In this document: one piece after another, positions 1-6,899 of the stretch
Layout: the number at the start of each line of letters is the position of its first letter
How positions within the stretch are numbered: position 1 is the first letter of the stretch
NCBI GenBank assembly: GCA_045611905.1
Contig: JAZKYB010000214.1
Span: 1 to 33,134 of the forward strand
DNA from: Acutalibacteraceae bacterium
GTDB lineage: Bacteria > Bacillota > Clostridia > Oscillospirales > Acutalibacteraceae
Direction of reading: 5' to 3'
Length of the DNA: 33,134 nucleotides
Position numbers and translations under genes: made by a program
Notes under the pieces: generated by a model
What the model saw: the letters and a program-made list of their open reading frames with translations, nothing else
What the model was told of the DNA's origin: nothing
Databases searched by the model: none

Positions 1-242
1 TGCCAAAGCCATTTACCCCAAAATGTATCACGAAGCGGCGCAATACCGGGAATAATAAGACCAACATTATTATTTGCGCGTTCCAAAAAGAATTTTGCGG
101 CTTCTTTGTCAAAGTGACAACCGCCAAGCTCGAACCAACCAAAAAGTGATGTACCGCCCATTGGGCACATAACTATTCGGTTTTTAATTTCAACATTTCC
201 TATTTTCCAAGGGGTAAAAAGGGGCTCAAATTTTTTATCCAT
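1..242 (-). CDS. NADH:flavin oxidoreductase / enoate-reductase-like (Old Yellow Enzyme family), N-terminal part only; the gene continues beyond the left edge
   Basis: Reverse-strand translation from the ATG at 242-240 reads MDKKFEPLFTPWKIGNVEIKNRIVMCPMGGTS...GLIIPG. The F-x-P-x-KIG-x-x-E-x-KNR-x-x-M-x-PMG N-terminus is typical of OYE/2,4-dienoyl-CoA-reductase-type TIM-barrel flavoenzymes. The frame stays open to position 1. Confidence 0.7.
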   Translation of the reverse strand, partial: MDKKFEPLFTPWKIGNVEIKNRIVMCPMGGTSLFGWFELGGCHFDKEAAKFFLERANNNVGLIIPGIAPLRDTFWGKWLW

Positions 243-278
243 AAATGCACATCCTTTTAAAAAGTTTTATTTTAATAA

Positions 279-302
279 CAATTATATTGTAATATATAAT
301 TG
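279..302. promoter_or_regulatory. Perfect 9-bp inverted repeat CAATTATAT-N6-ATATAATTG, a candidate operator overlapping the oxidoreductase promoter
   Basis: Arms lie at 279-287 and 294-302, 37-60 nt upstream of the minus-strand start codon. On the minus strand the region reads TTGCAT-17 nt-TACAAT, so the repeat overlaps a plausible -10 box. Confidence 0.3.
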
Positions 303-328
303 TTAAAAATGCAACAAGCGATATTTGC

Positions 329-362
329 AAAAAATAAAAGCACATCAAAAATGATGTGCTTT
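329..362 (-). terminator. Rho-independent terminator (minus strand)
   Basis: Hairpin AAAGCACATCA / TGATGTGCTTT (337-347 with 352-362, 4-nt loop). On the minus strand it is followed by TTTTATTTTTT (plus-strand A-run 329-339). Confidence 0.7.
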
Positions 363-367
363 CTAAT

Positions 368-490
368 TGGTGGAGCTAAGGGGATTTTGTCCCGGCGCTC
401 CCGCGCCTATCGCCTCGCTTGCGCTCGTTGCCGCGCCTACCCAACAGTCCACTGGACTGTTGGGCTTAACGGCTTGTTCGAATCCCCTTA
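368..490 (-). other. tRNA-Ala-derived structured element: a 19-nt copy of the tRNA-Ala 3' end, a GC-rich insert of about 90 nt, and an inverted T-arm fragment. Candidate ncRNA or att/recombination scar.
   Basis: 368-386 (TGGTGGAGCTAAGGGGATT) is identical to 540-558, the 3' end of the tRNA-Ala gene including CCA. 476-490 is the reverse complement of 549-563. Helices: 377-386 pairs with 481-490 (10 bp); perfect 12-bp hairpin at 440-464; GGCGC/GCGCC hairpin at 394-407, whose loop reads GGGA on the minus strand. 9-nt direct repeat CCGCGCCTA at 401-409 and 431-439. No cloverleaf can be drawn. Confidence 0.35.
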
Positions 491-500
491 TTTTTTATTA

Positions 501-533
501 AAAACAAAAAACCAACCATAAAGGTCGGTTTTT
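501..533 (-). terminator. Rho-independent terminator downstream of tRNA-Ala (minus strand)
   Basis: The minus strand reads AAAACCGACC-TTTAT-GGTTGGTTTT followed by TTGTTTTT. The stem is 508-517 with 523-532, with one G:U pair that forms only in the minus-strand RNA. Confidence 0.6.
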
Positions 534-539
534 CGTTTC

Positions 540-615
540 TGGTGGAGCTAAGGGGATTCGAACCCCTGACCCCCACACTGCCAGTGTGGTGCGCTACCAA
601 CTGCGCTATAACCCC
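540..615 (-). tRNA. tRNA-Ala (anticodon GGC), CCA encoded
   Basis: The reverse complement GGGGTTATAGCGCAGTTGGTAGCGCACCACACTGGCAGTGTGGGGGTCAGGGGTTCGAATCCCCTTAGCTCCACCA folds as a 76-nt cloverleaf. It has the G3:U70 alanine identity pair, anticodon loop CTGGCAG and T-loop TTCGAAT. Confidence 0.92.
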
Positions 616-633
616 AAAAATTTATGTGAATTT

Positions 634-662
634 ATCTTAACATAAAAACCTTTTAAATTCAA
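634..662 (-). promoter_or_regulatory. Candidate sigma-A promoter for tRNA-Ala
   Basis: The minus strand reads TTGAAT (657-662), a 17-nt spacer, then TAAGAT (634-639). The tRNA 5' end lies 18 nt beyond the -10 box. Confidence 0.4.
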
Positions 663-682
663 GTGCGAATTTAAAAATCGGC

Positions 683-710
683 TTGACAATGGTGAAAAAT
701 CGGTTATAAT
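683..710 (+). promoter_or_regulatory. Consensus sigma-A promoter for tRNA-Gln
   Basis: TTGACA (683-688), a 16-nt spacer, then TATAAT (705-710). The tRNA 5' end is at 729. It lies divergent to the tRNA-Ala promoter. Confidence 0.65.
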
Positions 711-728
711 AATTTTGTTATTAAATTT

Positions 729-802
729 TGGGGAATTGTGTAACGGTAGCACGACAGACTCTGACTCTGTTTGTTGGGGTTCGAATCCCTATTCCCCAGC
801 CA
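729..802 (+). tRNA. tRNA-Gln (anticodon CTG), CCA encoded
   Basis: TGGGGAATTGTGTAACGGTAGCACGACAGACTCTGACTCTGTTTGTTGGGGTTCGAATCCCTATTCCCCAGCCA folds as a 74-nt cloverleaf. It has the U1:A72 pair typical of bacterial tRNA-Gln and anticodon loop CTCTGAC. Confidence 0.92.
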
Positions 803-837
803 AAAAGCACTAACAAAAGTTAGTGCTTTTATTTTTT
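803..837 (+). terminator. Rho-independent terminator after tRNA-Gln
   Basis: Stem AAAAGCACTAAC (803-814) with GTTAGTGCTTTT (819-830), loop AAAA, followed by ATTTTTT. Confidence 0.8.
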
Positions 838-853
838 GCAAAAGTCATATTTA

Positions 854-867
854 GGGATTCGAACAAG
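854..867. repeat. Orphan tRNA T-arm fragment GGGATTCGAACAAG, an inverted copy of 473-486
   Basis: It is the exact 14-nt reverse complement of 473-486 (CTTGTTCGAATCCC). No acceptor, D or anticodon arms surround it, so it is not a tRNA gene. Confidence 0.5.
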
Positions 868-974
868 GGCGGTTTTTATTTTCAAAAAAGACAAAATTTG
901 CATTTAATTCAACTTTAAGCAAAATTTTCGGTGTGAATTTTACAGGGCATATAATGTAATATTATATATAATAC

Positions 975-1003
975 TTGAAATTAGTTGGTATAAATGCTAT
1001 ACT
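975..1003 (+). promoter_or_regulatory. Candidate sigma-A promoter of the polysaccharide locus
   Basis: TTGAAA (975-980), a 17-nt spacer, then TATACT (998-1003), about 48 nt upstream of the glf start. Confidence 0.4.
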
Positions 1004-1050
1004 TTATGGTGAATAATTGTGTAATACAAGTAATTACGGGAGAAGATTTT

Positions 1051-2151
1051 ATGCAAAAGTATGATTATGTTATTGTTGGTGGCGGACTTTTTGCGGGCAC
1101 TTTCGCTCATGCGGCAGTAAAGCAGGGTAAAAAGTGCCTTGTAATTGAAAAAAGAAATCACTTAGGCGGCAATATTTATTGCGAAAATATTGAAGGCATA
1201 AATGTTCATAAATACGGTGCACACATTTTTCATACAAGCAACCGTGCTGTGTGGGATTTTGTGAATTCTTTGGTGGAATTTAACCGTTATACCAATTCTC
1301 CCATTGCGAATTATAAAGGCGAAATTTACAATATGCCGTTTAATATGAATACCTTTTCAAAAATGTGGGCTGATGTCACAACTCCGGCCGAGGCAAAATT
1401 AAAAATCGCCGAACAAACGGCCAAAATTAAAGGCGAGCCACAAAACCTTGAAGAACAGGCAATAAGCTTGGTTGGTGAAGATATTTATAAAAAGCTTGTT
1501 AAGGGATATACCGAAAAGCAATGGGGAAGAGATTGTAAAGAACTTCCTGCATTTATAATAAAACGCTTGCCTGTAAGATACACTTATGACAACAACTATT
1601 TTAATGACCTTTATCAAGGTATTCCAATAGGTGGATATAATCTTCTTATAAATGCCCTTTTTGAAGGTTGCGATGTTGAACTTAACACCGATTATAACGA
1701 AAATCGCGAAAAATATAATGCCATGGGTGAAAAAATTCTTTACACCGGCACACTTGATTCTTTCTTTGATTATAAGTTTGGAAAACTTGAATACAGAAGT
1801 CTTAAGTTTGAGTCGGAAATTTTAAACGAAGAAAATCATCAAGGCGTTGCGGTGGTTAATTATACCGACAGGGAAACACCTTACACCCGTGTTATTGAGC
1901 ATAAACATTTTGAATACGGCACACAAGAAAAAACAGTTATCACCCGTGAATATCCTGCTGACTGGCAAGAAGGAATGGAACCGTATTATCCCGTAAACGA
2001 CGAAAAAAATCAATTAGTTTATAAAAAATATGCCGAACTTGCAAAACAACAAAGCAATGTAATTTTCGGCGGCAGACTTGCCGAATATAAATATTACGAT
2101 ATGGACAAGGTTATAGCACCGGCCTTTTCACTTATTGAAAAGGAACTTTAA
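1051..2151 (+). CDS. glf: UDP-galactopyranose mutase
   Basis: MQKYDYVIVGGGLFAGTFA...GGNIY...KYGAHIFHT...YTEKQWG...FGGRLAEYKYYDMD carries the FAD Rossmann GxGxxG motif and the conserved Glf blocks. The start was moved to ATG 1051 because GGGAGAAG lies upstream; the track ORF begins at 994. Confidence 0.9.
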   Translation: MQKYDYVIVGGGLFAGTFAHAAVKQGKKCLVIEKRNHLGGNIYCENIEGINVHKYGAHIFHTSNRAVWDFVNSLVEFNRYTNSPIANYKGEIYNMPFNMNTFSKMWADVTTPAEAKLKIAEQTAKIKGEPQNLEEQAISLVGEDIYKKLVKGYTEKQWGRDCKELPAFIIKRLPVRYTYDNNYFNDLYQGIPIGGYNLLINALFEGCDVELNTDYNENREKYNAMGEKILYTGTLDSFFDYKFGKLEYRSLKFESEILNEENHQGVAVVNYTDRETPYTRVIEHKHFEYGTQEKTVITREYPADWQEGMEPYYPVNDEKNQLVYKKYAELAKQQSNVIFGGRLAEYKYYDMDKVIAPAFSLIEKEL

Positions 2152-2164
2152 AAGGAGAATTAAA

Positions 2165-3229
2165 ATGCCAAAAGAAAATGTAAAAATTAGCGTAATAATG
2201 CCTGTGTATAAGGTTGAAGCTTATGTAGGCAAGGCAATTGAAAGTATTCAGGCACAAACCCTTTGCGAGTGGGAACTTTTTGCTGTTGATGACGGCTCGC
2301 CCGATAACAGCGGTGCAATTTGTGAAGAATATGCTAAAAATGATTCTCGTATTAAAGTTATTCACCAAGAAAATGCAGGGGCACCGGCAGCCCGAAATGT
2401 TGCCATTGATTTAGCGGTTGGCGAATATATGTATTTTATGGATTCTGACGACTGGGCAGAACCAACAATGCTTGAAGATATGTATAATATAGCCCAACAA
2501 AATGACCGTCAACTTGTTGTGGCAGGATATTATATTGACACTTACTATACCGACGAAGAAAAGTTTACTCAAGAACAGGTTGTACCTTCGGTTATTTATA
2601 AAACTCAAAAAGAATTTAGAGAAAACGCACACAAGCTTTTTGATAAAAACCTTCTTTACACCCCTTGGAACAAGCTTTTCTCTTCGGAATATATTAAAAA
2701 CAATAAGCTTTATTTCCCAAACACTTTTTGGGATGACTTCCCCTTTAATTTAAGTGTTGTAAGAGATATTGAAAGGGTTGGGGTTACCGACAACAAGTAT
2801 TATCACTTTATAAGAAAGCGTGCCGAAAGCGAAACCGCACGTTACAGAAGTGATATGTTTGACAAGCGTGAAGAAGAAAACGGTTGGATGCGTGACCTTT
2901 ATGCACATTGGGGCATTATGAACGCTGAAATTGATGAATTTATTTCAAGAAGATATATTGAAAGAATTATCGGTTGCGTTGAAAATGTTACCAACAAAAA
3001 TTGTGACCTTTCAACCAGTGAAAAGAAAGCACAAATTAAAAAGATGATATGCTCAGGGACAGCACAAGATGCGGTTAGAAGCGCAAAACCGGGTTCGCTT
3101 TATATGAAGGTTCTTCTTTTGCCGATAAAATGGAAAAGCGTTTGGCTTATGCATTTAATGAGCTGTGTTATTTCTAAGGTAAAATCATCAAACACCAAGC
3201 TCTTTGCAAAATTAAAGGCAGGAAGATAA
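2165..3229 (+). CDS. Family 2 glycosyltransferase
   Basis: KISVIMPVYKVEAYVGKAIESIQAQT...FAVDDGSPDNSG...FMDSDD is the classic GT2 N-terminal GT-A signature with DxD. The RBS AAGGAG precedes ATG 2165. Confidence 0.85.
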   Translation: MPKENVKISVIMPVYKVEAYVGKAIESIQAQTLCEWELFAVDDGSPDNSGAICEEYAKNDSRIKVIHQENAGAPAARNVAIDLAVGEYMYFMDSDDWAEPTMLEDMYNIAQQNDRQLVVAGYYIDTYYTDEEKFTQEQVVPSVIYKTQKEFRENAHKLFDKNLLYTPWNKLFSSEYIKNNKLYFPNTFWDDFPFNLSVVRDIERVGVTDNKYYHFIRKRAESETARYRSDMFDKREEENGWMRDLYAHWGIMNAEIDEFISRRYIERIIGCVENVTNKNCDLSTSEKKAQIKKMICSGTAQDAVRSAKPGSLYMKVLLLPIKWKSVWLMHLMSCVISKVKSSNTKLFAKLKAGR

Positions 3230-3230
3230 A

Positions 3231-4274
3231 ATGAACAAAGCACCATTTTTTAGCGTTATTATGCCGGTATATAATGTGGAAAATTGTCTTGAAGCGGCGG
3301 TAAACAGTGTTTTATCGCAGTCGTTTTCAAATTTCGAACTTATTTTGGTGGACGACTGTTCGCCTGATAAAAGCGGTGAAATTTGTGACAAGCTTAAAGA
3401 AAAGGACGATAGAATAAAGGTAATTCATAAACCAAAAAACGAAGGACTTTCATATGCTAGAAACACCGGTATACAAAACAGTTGTGGCGTTTATATTTCG
3501 TTTATGGATTCGGACGATATAATAGAAAAAGAAACCTTACAAATTCTTTACAATTATATATGCGAAAGTAATGCAGACATTTATGCTTTTGGGCTTGTGC
3601 AAGATTATGTGGATAAAAACGGCGTTATTCAAAAAAGCGATGATTTGGGGTTAAAGCCCTGTGTTGCAAATACTTCAAAGGATATAGCTCAGCTTGCAAT
3701 AGAATTAGATATTCAACGCAATTTTGCCTATGCTTGCAGTAAAATTTATAAGGCAGACTTTATCAAAGAAAACGGCTTTTTGTTTGAAGATGTGCGCCTT
3801 GTGGAAGATTTTGTTTTCAACATAGCAGTATTTCCAAAAGCCAAAAAGGTTGTAGTGGTTGAAGATATACTCTATCATTACATTAAGCCACCGCACACAA
3901 CACTTGGCTCGGCATACAACCCAAAGTTTTATGAAATTTGTTGTATGCGTTATGACAAGGAATATGAACTTCTTAAAAATTGTGGCGTAGAAGATGAAAA
4001 ATATTATCAGGCCATTAAAAACATTCATATTAAGCATATTTTATCTGTTTTTGTTAAAGATTTAAGCCCGTCGGCAAAGCTTGATGACAAGCAAAGAAGA
4101 TTGCATATAAAAGAAATTTTAAACGATGAAAAAACAATCGAAATTTTAAAGAACAGCCATTGCAATTCAAAAGCAATAAAGGTGCTTGAATTTGTGTTTA
4201 AACACAAAATGGTTATTCTTTCGGCAGTTTTAGCAAAGGTTTATTTTAAAATTCAAAAATCTCGAAATAAATAA
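3231..4274 (+). CDS. Family 2 glycosyltransferase
   Basis: FSVIMPVYNVENCLEAAVNSVLSQS...LVDDCSPDKSG...FMDSDD. It starts 2 nt after the previous stop. Confidence 0.85.
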   Translation: MNKAPFFSVIMPVYNVENCLEAAVNSVLSQSFSNFELILVDDCSPDKSGEICDKLKEKDDRIKVIHKPKNEGLSYARNTGIQNSCGVYISFMDSDDIIEKETLQILYNYICESNADIYAFGLVQDYVDKNGVIQKSDDLGLKPCVANTSKDIAQLAIELDIQRNFAYACSKIYKADFIKENGFLFEDVRLVEDFVFNIAVFPKAKKVVVVEDILYHYIKPPHTTLGSAYNPKFYEICCMRYDKEYELLKNCGVEDEKYYQAIKNIHIKHILSVFVKDLSPSAKLDDKQRRLHIKEILNDEKTIEILKNSHCNSKAIKVLEFVFKHKMVILSAVLAKVYFKIQKSRNK

Positions 4275-4301
4275 ATTATTATAGTTAAAAGAGGTGGGAA
4301 T

Positions 4302-5405
4302 ATGAAAAAGATATTGGTTTACGGAATATCGGGTGGTCCCGGTGGAGTTGAAACCGTTGTTCATAACATTATTGTAAATTCAAACAATGAAGAAATAAGT
4401 TTTGATATACTCACCTTTTTTGATAATATCGAATATGCAAAAGAATATAAAGAACTTGGGGTTAATGTTTATAAAATAACTGCACGAAGTGAAAACCCCG
4501 TTAAAAACAAGCAAGAACTTAAAGGTTTTTTAAAAGAAAACGCAAAAAATTATGATGCAGTATGGTGTAATCTTGCCGAACTTATAAATATTGATATTTT
4601 AAAAGTGGCAAAAAAATATGGCATAAAAAAAAGGATAATACATTCGCACAGTGTGGCAAGTACACGCAACAAAATTCTCACCTTGCTTCACCGTGTAAAT
4701 AAACTTTTTATTGGCAAAATAGCAACCGATTTTTGGGCTTGTTCATTGCCTGCGGGCAAATGGTTTTTCGGTGAAAAAATTTTAAAGTCTAAAAATTTTA
4801 ATGTTATAAGAAATGCCGTTTATCCCGAAAAGAATTTATTTGATAACGATGTACGCCTGTCTTCAAGGGCCGAACTTGGCATAAATGATGAATTTGTGGT
4901 TGGCCATGTGGGACGCCTTTCTATTGGCGAAAAGAACACCTTGTTTTTGCTTGAAATATTTAAAGAAATTTTAAATTTAAACCCAAAGGCAAAATTGCTT
5001 TTAGTGGGGGACGGCAATGATAAACAAGAGGTGGAAAAAGAAATTGACCGCCTTGATATAAAAAATTCGGTTATTATGACAGGGCACCGAAACGATGTTA
5101 ACCGCCTTATGAATGCAATGGATGTTTTTGTGTTGCCTTCAAAAATGGAAGGGCTTGGCATAGTGCTTATTGAAGCGCAGGCCTGTGGATTACCCTGTTT
5201 TACATCTGCTGATGTTGTGCCAAACGAGGTTAAAATAACCGATATTTTACAGTTTATCAGTCTGAACGACACGGCAAAGCATTGGGCAAATGAAATTATT
5301 TGCTTTAAATGTGATGAGCGTTGTTCGAAAACCGACGAAATTATAAAAGCAGGATATAGTATTAAAGAGGAATCGAAAAGGGTTTTAGAATTGTTGGTGA
5401 ATTAA
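4302..5405 (+). CDS. Family 4 (GT-B) glycosyltransferase
   Basis: C-terminal VGRLSIGEKN...LLLVGDG...FVLPSKMEGLGIVLIEAQACGLPCF contains the EX7E motif of GT4 enzymes. The RBS AGAGGTGGG lies upstream. Confidence 0.85.
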   Translation: MKKILVYGISGGPGGVETVVHNIIVNSNNEEISFDILTFFDNIEYAKEYKELGVNVYKITARSENPVKNKQELKGFLKENAKNYDAVWCNLAELINIDILKVAKKYGIKKRIIHSHSVASTRNKILTLLHRVNKLFIGKIATDFWACSLPAGKWFFGEKILKSKNFNVIRNAVYPEKNLFDNDVRLSSRAELGINDEFVVGHVGRLSIGEKNTLFLLEIFKEILNLNPKAKLLLVGDGNDKQEVEKEIDRLDIKNSVIMTGHRNDVNRLMNAMDVFVLPSKMEGLGIVLIEAQACGLPCFTSADVVPNEVKITDILQFISLNDTAKHWANEIICFKCDERCSKTDEIIKAGYSIKEESKRVLELLVN

Positions 5406-6899
5406 ATGGGAATAGTTAGCAAAGCTAAAAATATAACTGATGTTGTGTTAAACAAGCATAATTTTGCACTTGTTTACATTTCGTTTTTATTGCTTAGAAG
5501 TGTCTTCTTTTTGCAGGTTTATGTGGATGCAATATGTAAACTTTGTCTTTTTTGGGGCGCATTAATTGTTGTTTGTGATTTGTTTAAATATAAATTAAAC
5601 TTTTTCAAAACTGCAAATTCGTTTTTGCCGTTATTGTTGTGCGTGTCTTATGTTGTAAGTGTTGCCCTTAATTTTGATTATTCGTTATATGGTGGAATTA
5701 AAAATTTAATGTACATAGGCATTTATTTTTATGTGCTGCTTAATATACGAAGCGAAGAAAGCAAAGAAGATTTTTATAAATTTATAAAAAGAAACAATGA
5801 TGTTTTCATTGTTATAAATATGCTTATCGGCATTGCCTCTATAATCACCTTTTTGTTTTCTATAAAAACCATTTACACCGTCGGAACTGACGCTTATAAA
5901 GTTGGCTTTTGGTTTAACCGACTAAACGGTGTAAGCAATTCTAATATGGAAACCATATTGGGCTTTATATCGGTTGCTGTTACAATTATTAACTGGTATC
6001 TTCTTAAAGGGAAACCAAGTAAAATTAAAATTTTATATATATCAAATGTAATTGTTCAGGTTATTTATTATTCGCTTGCAGGTTCTCGTGCTGCCACAAT
6101 TTGTTATTTCGTGTTTGCGGCTATTGTCATTTTGTTTTGGGTTTTCCCTGTTGTTATGGCAAAGGTTAAAACCCTTAAAGCTGTGGCGTGCGTTGTCCTT
6201 TGCGTTGCTGTATTGGTGGCCGGCGAAATTGGTGTAGTAAAAGCAACCCAATTTGTTATGAAAAATTCTGCTGTTGCGATTACAAAGTTAAGTCAGTTAA
6301 GTGATGATAAAACTAAAGGTGACGGCAGTGATATAGAAGACGGCGAAGAAGATGAAGAAATTGATTTTGACCGTATAGAAGATTTTGAAAATGGTGATGT
6401 AACCAATAATCGTGCAGGTATGTGGTCGGCTGCATTTAAAATGATTAAGCAATACCCCGTATTTGGCATGGCATATTCATTGCAATTAGATGATGAAGGT
6501 AATATAAACCCAAAAATCGACGCTTCGGTGTTTAGTGAAAGTGAAATATCTGCCTTAAAAGCAGCAGGGTTTTATTTCCACAGCGGTTATGTGCAAATGA
6601 TTTTGTGCGGCGGCTTGGTGTTCTTTGCAATCTTTTTGCTGTTTACCATAAAAATTGCATTTGGTTTTATAAAATATTTATTCAGTCGTGGCAACTTTAA
6701 TTCTAAAGGTTATCCAATAGTGGTTGTGTTGGTTGCACTTATTGCAGCTTTGCTTGTTGATAATTTTGTAGAAGTGCATATAATGTTCAGCGGTCAGGAT
6801 GCGGCTGCAGCTGCTTTGTGGTATGTAATTGGTTGCGGTTTGTTTATAATTGACGGCAAAAATAAAACAGAGGTTAATGGGAATGAAGAAAAAATATGA
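5406..6899 (+). CDS. O-antigen polymerase/ligase-family (Wzy_C-type) polytopic membrane protein
   Basis: There are more than 10 hydrophobic segments and a large loop with NNRAGMWSAAFKMIKQYPVFGMAY (R-x-x-W...P-x-x-G-x-G pattern), as in Wzy/WaaL proteins. It sits among GT genes and wzx. Confidence 0.7.
   Translation: MGIVSKAKNITDVVLNKHNFALVYISFLLLRSVFFLQVYVDAICKLCLFWGALIVVCDLFKYKLNFFKTANSFLPLLLCVSYVVSVALNFDYSLYGGIKNLMYIGIYFYVLLNIRSEESKEDFYKFIKRNNDVFIVINMLIGIASIITFLFSIKTIYTVGTDAYKVGFWFNRLNGVSNSNMETILGFISVAVTIINWYLLKGKPSKIKILYISNVIVQVIYYSLAGSRAATICYFVFAAIVILFWVFPVVMAKVKTLKAVACVVLCVAVLVAGEIGVVKATQFVMKNSAVAITKLSQLSDDKTKGDGSDIEDGEEDEEIDFDRIEDFENGDVTNNRAGMWSAAFKMIKQYPVFGMAYSLQLDDEGNINPKIDASVFSESEISALKAAGFYFHSGYVQMILCGGLVFFAIFLLFTIKIAFGFIKYLFSRGNFNSKGYPIVVVLVALIAALLVDNFVEVHIMFSGQDAAAAALWYVIGCGLFIIDGKNKTEVNGNEEKI

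Noticed and set aside
368-490. Possible second tRNA (or intron-containing tRNA-Ala) gene
   Set aside because: Only the 3' acceptor/T-stem strand and an inverted T-loop piece are present. There is no 5' acceptor strand, D-arm or anticodon arm, and no cloverleaf can be drawn on either strand. It is kept as a finding, not called as a tRNA.
300-521. 73-aa ORF on the plus strand in the tRNA island
   Set aside because: It runs straight through a terminator hairpin, the tRNA-Ala 3'-end copy and the GC-rich hairpins. It has no RBS, and its Arg/Ala/Cys-rich translation simply reflects GC-rich structured DNA. It is almost certainly non-coding.
840-1050. Invertible promoter (inverton) upstream of the polysaccharide locus
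   Set aside because: I found no convincing long inverted repeats flanking the candidate promoter at 975-1003, and no site-specific recombinase gene anywhere in the window.
4625-4632. A8 homopolymer inside the GT4 glycosyltransferase gene, considered as a slipped-strand phase-variation switch
   Set aside because: Eight A residues encoding Lys-Lys-Arg is unremarkable in a genome this AT-rich. The gene is in frame and intact. There is no supporting evidence such as longer tracts or multiple GT genes with tracts.
6850-6882. Upstream in-frame Met codons (6850, 6877) for the 6883-8256 gene
   Set aside because: AGAGG at 6869-6873 is correctly spaced only for ATG 6883. The extension would add a non-conserved-looking basic peptide encoded entirely inside the wzy 3' end.
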